Positions 39,314-49,207 are shown, counted from the stretch's first letter. The stretch: 64,000 nt of DNA from an uncultured delta proteobacterium (GCA_963724765.1 CAVRVY010000003.1:1312001-1376000), one strand, 5' to 3'. Made by a program: numbers and translations. The notes: a model not told the origin generated them from the sequence alone.

Positions 39314-39398
39314 AGTTTTGGTGCCCCCGTCATGGGGCGCTCGGTGCCTGGGCCGTCAGGCTGGAACGATACGACGGCGCGGAAGGCAGCCGCTCACG

Positions 39399-41771
39399 TC
39401 AGGGAGCCTCTTGCTCTTGATGCAGCGCGGCATTTTCATCCTCGGGAGTGTAGTAACCCTGGTGATAATAGTAATGGTACTCGGACTGATGGATTCTCAC
39501 CCGGTTGAGCACCGTGCCGAAGATCTTGGCGCGCGCGTACTCCAGCCGTGCCCGCGCCGCTTTGACCTGCTGTTTGGGCGTGCGCGAGGCGTTCGTCACC
39601 AGCATCACGCCGTCGACAATGGTTGAGAGCAACAGCGCGTCGCTCACCGGTATCACCGGCGGCGAGTCGATCACGATGTAGTCGTAGATCTGCTGCAGCT
39701 GAGTCACCACCTGATGCATCTTTGGCGAGCCTACCAGCTCCGTTGCGTTGGGCGGCACCGATCCGGAGCCCAGGAAGAAGAGATTGGGAACCGTGGTCGG
39801 GCGGATGAGGTCGTGCAGGTCGCGCACGCCGGTCAATACCTCGGTCAGCCCGAGATTATTATCGACGTCGAGCACGCGATGGCAGCGCGGACGACGCATG
39901 TCGGCGTCGATCAGCAGCACGCTCGCGCCCAATTGCGCCAGCATTGCGGCGGTGTTGACCGCGGTTACGGTCTTGCCCTCGCCCGGCATCGCGCTGGTGA
40001 CCAGCGTGACCTTGGGCGGAGCGCCCGCACGCGAGAGCAACAGCGCCGTGCGCAGGTTGCGATACGCCTCGCCTAGGGCCGAGTAGCTGCCATGCTCGGT
40101 CACCAGTTCCTGGATTGCCGATGCCGTCCGGCCACCCGCCCCGTTGGCGCCGTTGCCGTTGCTTCCATTGGTGAGAGCCTTGGGCGTGTCGCCGTTGGCC
40201 GCCAGCATCGCGAGCGCGGCCTTGGCCGGCGCATAACCCTTGGGCCCGTATGGCGAGGAGTTGAGGCGGCTGAACTCGGGGATGATCCCGATGTTTGGCA
40301 GGCGCAGGTAACGCTCGGCCTCCTCGGGGTCCTTCAGCGTATTGTCGAGGTAGTCAAGCAGGAAGGCGAGACCCACCGCGCCCAGCAGGCCCAGAATCCC
40401 GCTCACCATCAGGTCGCGCATTTTCTGGGGAGAGGTGGGGATGCGCGGGGCGGTCGCCTTGTCGACGATCGAGACGTTGGAGGTCTGGGCCTCGGCCTCG
40501 ACGCCCACGTCCTTCATGCGCTTGAGCACGGCGTTGTAGAGCTGGCGATAGGTGTCGACGTCGCGCTGCAGGATCGCGTACTGCACGGCGGCGTCGTTGA
40601 GGCTCATCGTCACGGTGCGCTGGCGTTGCATCTCAGCGTCGAGTTCGTGCTCCTTCTCGAGCGCCTGTTGATAGGATATTTCAACGCCCTTGATGGAATT
40701 CTGGACTTCCTCATTAAGCCGCCCCTTGAGCAGGTTTTCTTTGGCGCGCAACTGCGCCAGCGGCGGATACGCGGCGGTGAATTGCTGGGAGAGACTCGCG
40801 TCCTGGGCGGCGAGCTGGTTGAGTTCAGCCTGCATGCTCTGCACCAGCTTGTCGTCCATCACCACGGGCAGCGAATCGTACATGTGCTTGTGGATCAGCT
40901 CGACCTGTGATTCCAGCCCGATGCGTTCGACCTGCGCCCGGGTCAGGTCCTTGCTCAGGTCCGTGAGCCGATCGATCACCACCGCGTCTTTGCCGTCGAG
41001 CGACATCAGGCCGGGGATGATACCCTTGGCGCGGCGATAGTCGTTGAGCGCCACTTCGGATTTCTCGAGCTGCTCCTTGAGCTCGACCAGCTTGCGGCTG
41101 AGGAACTTTTCCGCGTCGCGGCTGGCCTGGCTGTGCATCTCGACCCCGCGATCGATAAAGGCTTCGGCGTGGGCGTTGGCGACGCGTGCGGCGAGCAACG
41201 GGTCGGGAGAGCTGTAGTCGATCTCGACCAGGCTGGTGCTGGGAATCGACCTGATACTGAGGCCGCCAAGATAGGCGTCTATCTCATCGGCAGAGACGCC
41301 GAGCAGTCCCGAGCGCGGCGCGCTGGAGCCCGGTGACGGAGGGGTCAACAGGTCGTGCACCCGCTGACGCAGGCTGCCCACCACCGCGCTGAACAATCCG
41401 GGACGCCCGCTCCCGGTGAAGGCCGGGTTGCGGTTCAGTCCGAGGTTGCGGACGACCGATGCCGCCAGCGTTCTGCTCTTGAGGATCTCGCTCTGGGTCT
41501 TGAAATAGTCCGAGCCGTCGTAGGACGCTTCGATCTCGATCAGCGCCTCGGCCGGGTCGATCCCGGTGGGCGCCTTGGGCAGAATCATCACCGTGGTCTG
41601 CGCGGTGTAGATCGGCGTCGTCATCAGCAGGTGAAGCAGCGTGACGAAGACCGTGCCTGCCACCACTGCCCCGATCAGGCGCAGGTGCTTGCGCAGCAAA
41701 CGCCAGTAGACCCAGAGATCGATCTTTGTGACGTCGTCCTCGAAGAACGAGGGCGCGAACTCGGCCTCCAT
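39399..41771 (-). CDS. wzc: Polysaccharide co-polymerase / tyrosine autokinase
   Basis: Two TM segments, coiled coil, Walker A PGEGKT, DADMRRP, IDSPP, Tyr-rich tail YHYYYHQGYY. Confidence 0.92.
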   Translation of the reverse strand: MEAEFAPSFFEDDVTKIDLWVYWRLLRKHLRLIGAVVAGTVFVTLLHLLMTTPIYTAQTTVMILPKAPTGIDPAEALIEIEASYDGSDYFKTQSEILKSRTLAASVVRNLGLNRNPAFTGSGRPGLFSAVVGSLRQRVHDLLTPPSPGSSAPRSGLLGVSADEIDAYLGGLSIRSIPSTSLVEIDYSSPDPLLAARVANAHAEAFIDRGVEMHSQASRDAEKFLSRKLVELKEQLEKSEVALNDYRRAKGIIPGLMSLDGKDAVVIDRLTDLSKDLTRAQVERIGLESQVELIHKHMYDSLPVVMDDKLVQSMQAELNQLAAQDASLSQQFTAAYPPLAQLRAKENLLKGRLNEEVQNSIKGVEISYQQALEKEHELDAEMQRQRTVTMSLNDAAVQYAILQRDVDTYRQLYNAVLKRMKDVGVEAEAQTSNVSIVDKATAPRIPTSPQKMRDLMVSGILGLLGAVGLAFLLDYLDNTLKDPEEAERYLRLPNIGIIPEFSRLNSSPYGPKGYAPAKAALAMLAANGDTPKALTNGSNGNGANGAGGRTASAIQELVTEHGSYSALGEAYRNLRTALLLSRAGAPPKVTLVTSAMPGEGKTVTAVNTAAMLAQLGASVLLIDADMRRPRCHRVLDVDNNLGLTEVLTGVRDLHDLIRPTTVPNLFFLGSGSVPPNATELVGSPKMHQVVTQLQQIYDYIVIDSPPVIPVSDALLLSTIVDGVMLVTNASRTPKQQVKAARARLEYARAKIFGTVLNRVRIHQSEYHYYYHQGYYTPEDENAALHQEQEAP

Positions 41772-41838
41772 CGCGGACTCCTGGGCCGGTCTGCGCTGAA
41801 TGAAATATGGCGAAGGTTCTCTCACGCTTCTTTTCCAC

Positions 41839-43119
41839 CTAAGGTGTCGGTATCGAGGGCCCGCCAATGGCCATCTTGCTCAGCATTTGATAAAAAACAT
41901 AAGGGCCAACTTTGACGTTGGAGTAGGGCACGTCGATGACGTCGTTGCCACGCACCGGAAGGTCCGCTTCCTGCCCGTGCTTGATCTTATCCAGGTCGAT
42001 TCTGAGCACCAGTTTGGAGCCGTCGCGGCGGGTCCGGATCAGATGCACCTCGGAGCTGTTGGCCGCAAACATTGGGCCGCCCGCCGCACCGATCGCTCCC
42101 AGCACCGTCAGTCCCGAACCAACCTGGAAGTGTCCCGGGTTTTGGACCCATCCGATCACCATAACGTCGCCGCCGCCAGGTACCACGATTACGTCACCGG
42201 GACGGACCGGCATATTGAGATAGGTGCCACCGCCGGTGAGCGCCGTGCTCTTGAGCCCGATGACCAGCGGATGCGAATTCTGCCGCAGTAGCGCACCTAA
42301 CTCGCCGCGTTTGAAGGCCGCCTCGCGCGCCGCCGAGGCGTCGGACGGGGGCACGCCATTGTGCAGCGCCGCTGCCGGGTCGGCTCCGTTGGCCGAGACC
42401 TCGGCGACGCGTCCGATCGCCTGTTGTTTGTTCTGCTCGGCTGGCATCAGGATAATTTCGTCGGCCGCGGTCGCGGTCAAGCCCCCTGCACGGGTCATCA
42501 TATCGAGTACAGTTTCATTGGGGCCGGTGAGAGTGACCAGGCCGGGACTGTTGACCATCCCGATAACTGCCACCTGGCGGCTGCGATATTCCTTTACGAA
42601 CACGTCAACCTCGGGGTTGTACATGTACTTCTTGAGCCGCTCGTTGATTTCGGCGCGCAACTGCTTCTCGGTCAGTCCCCCGGCCTGCAGCGTGCCGAGC
42701 ATCGGCAGCGACATGGAGCCGTCAGCTTCCACTCGCACGGTCCGCTCGCGTAGCTCATCGATAGGCGGCACCGAAACCTCGACGATATCGCCCGGACCGA
42801 TCGGGTAATCGGCCACGGTTTCGCCCTGAGTGCGGCTGCGATAGAGCGCGTCGAGCCGCGTGGTGTCCTGGGGAGTGTCGCCCCGCGAAGCCGCGGGTTG
42901 TGCGGAAACGGCGGCGGACTGCGGGTCATGCGCCGCAGGCGGCGTGCTCGCGTTGGCCTGCGCTGGCGGCGCATCCGCGCTCGCGTCACCGAAGTTCGGC
43001 TTGTCTGAAGTTGCGGTGGTGGATGAAGCCGAGGCGCTCTCAGAAACAGAACTGCTCTGCGCACAAGCCATCAAGGCACACACACAGAGCAGCGTCAGCA
43101 GATATTTTAAGGCGTTCAT
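41839..43119 (-). CDS. wza: Polysaccharide export lipoprotein (OPX)
   Basis: Lipobox LMAC, YPIGPGD...DGSMSLPMLG polysaccharide-export motif, SLBB repeats. Confidence 0.88.
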   Translation of the reverse strand: MNALKYLLTLLCVCALMACAQSSSVSESASASSTTATSDKPNFGDASADAPPAQANASTPPAAHDPQSAAVSAQPAASRGDTPQDTTRLDALYRSRTQGETVADYPIGPGDIVEVSVPPIDELRERTVRVEADGSMSLPMLGTLQAGGLTEKQLRAEINERLKKYMYNPEVDVFVKEYRSRQVAVIGMVNSPGLVTLTGPNETVLDMMTRAGGLTATAADEIILMPAEQNKQQAIGRVAEVSANGADPAAALHNGVPPSDASAAREAAFKRGELGALLRQNSHPLVIGLKSTALTGGGTYLNMPVRPGDVIVVPGGGDVMVIGWVQNPGHFQVGSGLTVLGAIGAAGGPMFAANSSEVHLIRTRRDGSKLVLRIDLDKIKHGQEADLPVRGNDVIDVPYSNVKVGPYVFYQMLSKMAIGGPSIPTP

Positions 43120-43168
43120 GTTTTCAGCGGGCCGCGCCGGATGAGCTCCGGCGCAGCCGCTGGGTAAT

Positions 43169-43684
43169 TTATTCGCTGGTCGACTTCGACGTTTTGTGAT
43201 TCTCGTGATCTCCGCCGCTGCCGAACCCAACTCCGAGTCCGATCGCGGTTCCCCCCAACACTACGGCTCCTGCGCCAACCCAAGGCGCCGGATCCCACAC
43301 TGCTGCTGCTGCGGCCGCTCCGCAAGTACTCCCCGGCTGCGCCGTGGCTACCGCGGGCGAGGTCGTCGAAACGCCCCAGTTGAGGCATATACCGTCGGGG
43401 CCGACATAGGAAGCAACGGTCTGGCCCTGAAACCCCGACGAACCCGGGTCAAGGGTAAAATTGTAATTGCCGGGTTGCAAGCCGGAAATATCGTACACGC
43501 CGCCGCTACCAAGGGCACTCTGGCCTACTATGTGACCGCTGGCGTCCTTTACCATGACCTGTATGCCGCTTACCGCTTGCCCTTGAGAACCTGCTACCGT
43601 GCCGCCCACCGATGCTGCCATGGCCGCCGCAGACAGACCACCAACAAACGCGAGCGCGAGTAACATCGAGCAGCTCTTTTTCAT
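43169..43684 (-). CDS. Secreted protein with carboxypeptidase-regulatory-like domain and C-terminal hydrophobic anchor
   Basis: Signal peptide ending AMA-AS; GTVAGSQG...GVYDISGLQPGNYNF; C-terminal Gly-rich TM segment; GAGGGG RBS. Confidence 0.75.
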   Translation of the reverse strand: MKKSCSMLLALAFVGGLSAAAMAASVGGTVAGSQGQAVSGIQVMVKDASGHIVGQSALGSGGVYDISGLQPGNYNFTLDPGSSGFQGQTVASYVGPDGICLNWGVSTTSPAVATAQPGSTCGAAAAAAVWDPAPWVGAGAVVLGGTAIGLGVGFGSGGDHENHKTSKSTSE

Positions 43685-44042
43685 GATTCCCCCTCTAACC
43701 TATCTAACATGCGGATAAATTGTGCAGCGCACCGCTAGATAGCGGAATCGGCCGCTTACGATCGATCAAACGAACCTGTTCTTGATCCCCCGAACTTACG
43801 TTGCTTTCGACCGCCCCTTTTGCAGCTTACGAATATTAAGCGCGCTTGAACGGGCTGAATTTCGATCTGACCACGAGCCCGTCAACAAACGACTTCACAG
43901 AGCATACAGACGCGTTTTAAATGCGTCAATACTAACTAAAAGCTTTTTAAATCACTCAAATGTGAGGCTAAGGACTTGCTCCAATCATTTCCTCTACAAA
44001 AGCGTTGCTCTGCGCGAAATTCCAATTTTTCGCCGCGTCCTC

Positions 44043-44073
44043 ATTATATAGGCAATCGCTTCGTTAGGGTCAA
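44043..44073 (-). promoter_or_regulatory. Candidate sigma70 promoter for the polysaccharide operon
   Basis: Minus strand TTGACC-N17-TATATAAT within an AT-rich intergenic region. Confidence 0.4.
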
Positions 44074-44232
44074 GCCTGCTCAGTTCAACATGATATCGCA
44101 ACTCTAGAGCTTTTCTAAGTAAGTCTTCATACACGCCGCGACCTACGCTCGCCGTTCGCGACATAAGTCGGGCTCTGAGTCGCTCCCGAACTCAATTCGA
44201 CGCGGTTACGCAGCCGACTGACCGCTTTGCTT

Positions 44233-46059
44233 TTAGAGGGAGGATTGCGTTTTAAATGCTGTCGCGAGGGCGGGAAGCATTATCGACCAGTCTGCAGCCA
44301 GTCCCAGAGTCGCGAACTCGAAAATCGGAGCCTCTGCATCGTTGTTAATCGCGACTATGACTTCAGCGCGCTTGATTCCCACGGTATGGTTAGGCGCGCC
44401 GCGCACGCCGATCGCAAAGTACAGCCGCGGATCGATCGACTTGCCGGTCAGCCCGACCTGCAACTGCCGCGGCATCCATCCCTGGTCCGTCACGCGCCGC
44501 GTGGCACACATCCCGGCGCCGAGCACCCGTGCGAAATCCTTGGCCGCCGCGACCCCCTCGGGTCCGCCCACGCCCATGCCGACGCCGACCATCACGTGCG
44601 CGCCGTCCATCGGCGCGATCGAAAGGTCGAGCAGCGAATGCATCGCGATCATCCGGCCGAGCGCCGGCGCGAGCCGCGGCCGCACCGTCTCGACCGCCGC
44701 CTCGCGTGCGCTATTGGGCGCGGCAAGTTCCAGCACCCCGGCCCGCACAGTAGCCATCTGCGGAAATGTCTTTGACAAAATTGGCGCCACGATGTTGCCA
44801 CCGAAGGCCGGCTTGAGCGCGACCATCCGCCCTTCGCCGTCGAGCTCGATGCCGATCGCATCGCCGGTGAGCCCCAGGCCCAAGCGCGCCGCCAGCCGCG
44901 GGCCCCAGTCGCGCCCGCGCTCGCTCGCGTTGAGCAACACGCCCCACGGCGTCCGCTCGCGCACCAGGTGCGCCATCGCCTCGGCCGCAGCCTCAGGCGT
45001 GTACGACTCCAGTGCTGGATGGTCGAACACCACGACGTGGTCGGCACCATAGCCCGCGAGCAACTCCGCATGACGCGCGATCGCCGCGGGAAAACCCACC
45101 GCGACGAGCGCGCCGCCGAGCCGGGCCACCAGTTCATCGCCGTGCGAGAGCAGCTCCAGGCTGCCACGCGTAACTGCGCCCTCCAGATTGGTTTCGCATG
45201 CCACCCACAAATCACGCCCGCGCGCCGGCTTGCGTATCGTCGCGCTGACCGCACGGCGCGCCTTGTCCTCGCGCTTGAGCGCGCCCATCGCGTTTAGCAA
45301 CGCGATCACCTCGCGCGCCGCGCTCTCGGGGTTGCCAGCGTCGATCATACGGCACTTGGGATGCCTGCTCTGGACCGCGCGCACTTCCCGTACCCAGGTC
45401 GGCGAGCCCGCCGCGCCGAATTGCGCCGGGTCGGAGTCGAGCGCGGACGCGCGCACCGTTTCAATCGGACGCCCGCTTGCCTGCTCGGCGGCTTCGGGCT
45501 TGACCCTGATGGGCTGCGCGACGCGCTCGGCGCAGGTCAACACCGCAGGCATCGCGCACTCGACTTCGTCGTAACCCTCGTCGCTTTCGCGCTCGGCGGC
45601 GACAGTGCCTTCCTTTAGCTGGACCTTGCGCACGCCGGTTATCTGAGCGACGCCGAGCAGTTCGGCTATCTCCGGACCGACCTGCCCGGTCTCGGCGTCG
45701 AGCGAGAACTTGCCGAGCATGATGAGGTCGAATTTTTCAGGCTTGAGCCATTTGGCGAGCGTGCGCGCGGTGGCCAGCGTGTCGGAGCCGGCGAACGCGC
45801 GATCTTCGAGATGGACCGCGCGGTCCATGCCCATCGCCAGCGCGTCGGTCAGCGCTGCGCGCGCCTGCGGCGGCCCCATCGTGACCGCCGTGGCGTGTGC
45901 GCCGTGGCTCTGCTTGAATTCCATCGCGAGCGAGATCGCCCGCAGATCGAACGCACTTATCACGTTGGTGCCGTCGCGCCGGATGGTCTTGGTGACCGGG
46001 TCGAAGTTGGCATCCTCGACCAGCGGAATCTGCTTGATACAGACGGCGATCCTGAGCAC
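44233..46059 (-). CDS. Fused electron transfer flavoprotein beta-alpha
   Basis: N-terminal EtfB (VCIKQ, AGSDTLAT, DAETGQVG) continuous with EtfA (PAFGGN, QVGLTG, HTVG, AINND..APIF). Confidence 0.9.
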   Translation of the reverse strand: MLRIAVCIKQIPLVEDANFDPVTKTIRRDGTNVISAFDLRAISLAMEFKQSHGAHATAVTMGPPQARAALTDALAMGMDRAVHLEDRAFAGSDTLATARTLAKWLKPEKFDLIMLGKFSLDAETGQVGPEIAELLGVAQITGVRKVQLKEGTVAAERESDEGYDEVECAMPAVLTCAERVAQPIRVKPEAAEQASGRPIETVRASALDSDPAQFGAAGSPTWVREVRAVQSRHPKCRMIDAGNPESAAREVIALLNAMGALKREDKARRAVSATIRKPARGRDLWVACETNLEGAVTRGSLELLSHGDELVARLGGALVAVGFPAAIARHAELLAGYGADHVVVFDHPALESYTPEAAAEAMAHLVRERTPWGVLLNASERGRDWGPRLAARLGLGLTGDAIGIELDGEGRMVALKPAFGGNIVAPILSKTFPQMATVRAGVLELAAPNSAREAAVETVRPRLAPALGRMIAMHSLLDLSIAPMDGAHVMVGVGMGVGGPEGVAAAKDFARVLGAGMCATRRVTDQGWMPRQLQVGLTGKSIDPRLYFAIGVRGAPNHTVGIKRAEVIVAINNDAEAPIFEFATLGLAADWSIMLPALATAFKTQSSL

Positions 46060-46210
46060 GGTGTTGGATACTCCCTGCTATTGCGCAATCGGAGGCGGTT
46101 GGCGATTAGCGTCCGAGCGTAACCGAGCCGGGCGCGCCGATGCAAGGCAAGCTGTGCCGGGGGCGCACGCGCCGCTTACGGTGGCGCCCACGATCGGGTA
46201 ATTTCGCAGG

Positions 46211-47173
46211 GTGCAAGACCTCGCTCAAAACTTCGCCCAAAACTTCGCGGAAGACTTGATCGAAGACTTCGCCCCGCGTGTCACCCGATTACTTGCGTGG
46301 CCGCTTGCCGTGCTGCTCGCAGTCGTGCTCTCGACTGGCGTCGCCGCTGCCGCGCCGCCGCCGATGCGCATCGTGTCGCTCGCGCCTGGGGTCACCGAAA
46401 CACTTTTCGCGCTGGGCGAGGGCGGCGCGGTGGTCGGTGTCTCGCAATATTGCGACTATCCGCCGGCCGCGACACGTTTACCCAAGGTCGGCACCTTTCT
46501 CACGCCCAACGTCGAGGCGATCGCGGCGCTGCGTCCCGATCTGATCATCGGGCCGCGACTCTCCTCGAGCCGGCGCGAGGTCCGCACGCTTGCGGCGATG
46601 GGCTATCCAACCATGACCGTGGACGACAACACGCTCGTCGGCATCGAGCAGAGCATCGCGCTCATCGGTGCGCGCACTGGAGAGCAAGCGGCGGCGCGCC
46701 GCCTGCTCGGCGCAATCCGGGCTCATATTGAGGCGGTCCACGTGCGTCTTGAACGGAGCAGGCCGCGTACAGTCGTGATGCTGGTGGGGCATCAGCCGAT
46801 GGTCGCGGTCGGTCGCGGCACTTTTCTCGACGACCTGCTTAGTCTGGCTGGCGGCGACAACATCGCCGACCTCTCGGCGCAGAATTGGCCGCGGCTCAGC
46901 ATCGAGTACATCATCGCGATGCGGCCCGAAGTGATCCTCGACGGTGCGATGGGCACCGACGCGAACACGCCGCCTGCTTTCTGGACGCGCTTCCCGACTA
47001 TCCCGGCCGTCCGCGACCATCGCGTTTTCGGCTATGCGCAGGATCCGGTGCTTCATCCGGGGCCGCGCGTGTGGCAGTCGCTGGAGATTCTGGCCCGGCT
47101 GATTCATCCGGAGGCTTTCGCGCCATCCGATACGCAGGGCGCCATGCGATCCACGCAGGGCACTACGCGATGA
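46211..47173 (+). CDS. btuF: Cobalamin/iron-siderophore ABC substrate-binding protein (BtuF-like)
   Basis: RIVSLAPGVTETLFALG, YCDYP, PNVEAI, PGPR; exact start uncertain. Confidence 0.75.
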   Translation: MQDLAQNFAQNFAEDLIEDFAPRVTRLLAWPLAVLLAVVLSTGVAAAAPPPMRIVSLAPGVTETLFALGEGGAVVGVSQYCDYPPAATRLPKVGTFLTPNVEAIAALRPDLIIGPRLSSSRREVRTLAAMGYPTMTVDDNTLVGIEQSIALIGARTGEQAAARRLLGAIRAHIEAVHVRLERSRPRTVVMLVGHQPMVAVGRGTFLDDLLSLAGGDNIADLSAQNWPRLSIEYIIAMRPEVILDGAMGTDANTPPAFWTRFPTIPAVRDHRVFGYAQDPVLHPGPRVWQSLEILARLIHPEAFAPSDTQGAMRSTQGTTR

Positions 47174-48267
47174 AAGCTCCGGCCGGAATTCCCGCGCAGC
47201 CCGTCGCCGCAAGCGGCTGTGACGCGGAGCCATCGTTGGCCATCCTCGAGGATTTCTCCGGCGCGCACCTGACGCGCTCGCGGATGGCGCTGACGCTCGG
47301 CGCGCTTTCGCTCCTGGTGTTGCTGAGCGCGATCGTCGCGGCCGCCTTCGGCAGCGTCCATATCAGCCTGGTGCGCGCGCTCGCCGAGCCGCACAGTCCC
47401 GACCATGCGATCTTCTTCAGCGCGCGCCTGCCGCGCGTGCTGATGGGCGCGGCGGTCGGCGCGGCGCTCGCGGCGGTCGGCGCGGCGCTGCAGGCACTGG
47501 TGCGCAATCCGCTCGCCGAGGGCGGCATCCTGGGTATCTCGGGCGGCGGCGCGTTCGGCGCGATCATCGCGCTGGTGTTTGTCGCCGGCCGCGCGAGCGC
47601 GGTGGCGACGGTGCCGCTATGCGCCTTTGGCGCGGCGCTGCTCTCCACCGTCGTGGTCTACCGCCTCGCGGTGGTCGACGGGCGACTCGAGCCGTTCACG
47701 CTGCTGCTGGTCGGCGTGATCTTCAACTCGATCTGGGGCGCCGCGATCATGCTGGTCAACAGCGTAGTCAACTACTACTACGTCCACGACATCGTGTTCT
47801 GGCTGATGGGCAGCCTGGAGGCGCCGACTTACGGCGAGGTCGCGATGGTAAGCGTGCTGGGTGTCGCGGGGTTGGCGGTGCTGATGGCGCATGCGCGCGA
47901 CCTCAACCTGTTGAGCCTCGGTGACGAGACCGCGGGCGAACTTGGCGTGGATGTCGATCCGATGCGCCGGCGCATCTTCGTCGCAACCTCGGTGATGATC
48001 GCGGCGGCGGTGTCGGTCAGCGGCATCATCTCGTTCGTCGGACTGATCGTGCCGCACGTGTTGCGGCTGGCCTTCGGCGCCGACCATCGTCTGCTGTTAC
48101 CGGCGTCGTTTCTGGGCGGCGCGGCGTTCCTGGTGCTCGCCGACCTGCTCGCGCGAGTCGCAATCTCGCCCACTGAATTGCCGGTCGGAGCAATAACCGC
48201 GCTCTGCGGCGGTCCGTTTTTCATTTATATGCTGCGCCGCGAGGGACGCGGTCCGCTCGCTCTATAA
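47170..48267 (+). CDS. btuC: FecCD/BtuC family ABC permease
   Basis: RLPR, RNPLAE, FWLMGSL, FVGLIVPH, ELPVG. Confidence 0.8.
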   Translation: MKAPAGIPAQPVAASGCDAEPSLAILEDFSGAHLTRSRMALTLGALSLLVLLSAIVAAAFGSVHISLVRALAEPHSPDHAIFFSARLPRVLMGAAVGAALAAVGAALQALVRNPLAEGGILGISGGGAFGAIIALVFVAGRASAVATVPLCAFGAALLSTVVVYRLAVVDGRLEPFTLLLVGVIFNSIWGAAIMLVNSVVNYYYVHDIVFWLMGSLEAPTYGEVAMVSVLGVAGLAVLMAHARDLNLLSLGDETAGELGVDVDPMRRRIFVATSVMIAAAVSVSGIISFVGLIVPHVLRLAFGADHRLLLPASFLGGAAFLVLADLLARVAISPTELPVGAITALCGGPFFIYMLRREGRGPLAL

Positions 48268-48276
48268 GCCGCGCCT

Positions 48277-49176
48277 TTGCCGACGATTGTGCCCGATGGT
48301 ACCCCCATTGTACCGATGACCAGCGTTCAAGATTCACCCCGAACCGCGCCGCACACCCCGGCCGCCGCCGCACCCGGCGCGCCGGCGCTTCGCGCCTCGC
48401 ACCTGGTCGGCGGCTATGGCGAACGCGCCGTGCTGCATGGAGTGTCGCTGGAGGTCGAGCCGGGCGAGATGCTGGCGATCGTCGGACCCAACGGCGCCGG
48501 CAAATCGACGCTGCTGCGGTTGTTGGGCGGCTCACTCGATCCGTGGCAGGGCACGGTCGAGTTGCTCGGTGCGCCGCTTGCCTCCTTCGAGCGGCGCGCG
48601 TTGGCGCGCCGCCTCGCCTTCGTTGGGCAGGAGAATTCGGTCGCCTTCTCGTTCACCGTGCTCGAGGTCGTCTTGATGGGCCGCGCGCCGCATTTCGGAT
48701 CGTTTCACTTCGAAAGCCGTGGCGACCTGATGCTCGCGCGCGAGGCTCTTCAGCGTTTCGATCTGCTGCCGCTCGCCACCCGCCCAATCCAGGAACTATC
48801 CGGCGGCGAGCGCAAGCGGGTGTTCCTCGCGCGCGCGCTCGCGCAGGAGCCGCGCGTGGCGCTGCTCGACGAGCCCACCGCCCATTTGGATTTGCGTCAC
48901 GTGGCGGAGATCTTCGCGCGCTTCGGCGAACTGCGGGCGGAGCGCGGCCTGGCCGTGGTCGCGACGCTGCACGACCTCAACGCGGCTGCGCTCTATGCCG
49001 ATCGCGTGTTGCTGCTGAAGGACGGCATAGCGATGGGCTGGGGCGCGCCGCATGAAGTCTTGACCGCAGACAAACTGCGCGAGGTCTACGAGACCGAGGT
49101 CTACGTCGGACGCAACCCGGCCACCGGCGCGATCGCCGTGCTGCCCGGCGCGAGCGCCGCGCCGCCGCGCCGATGA
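48277..49176 (+). CDS. btuD: BtuD/FepC family ABC ATPase
   Basis: GPNGAGKST, LSGGE, DEPTAHLD, HDLN. Confidence 0.8.
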   Translation: MPTIVPDGTPIVPMTSVQDSPRTAPHTPAAAAPGAPALRASHLVGGYGERAVLHGVSLEVEPGEMLAIVGPNGAGKSTLLRLLGGSLDPWQGTVELLGAPLASFERRALARRLAFVGQENSVAFSFTVLEVVLMGRAPHFGSFHFESRGDLMLAREALQRFDLLPLATRPIQELSGGERKRVFLARALAQEPRVALLDEPTAHLDLRHVAEIFARFGELRAERGLAVVATLHDLNAAALYADRVLLLKDGIAMGWGAPHEVLTADKLREVYETEVYVGRNPATGAIAVLPGASAAPPRR

Positions 49177-49207
49177 GTAGGCCAACCTCATCTCTTCTCT
49201 TAGGTCA

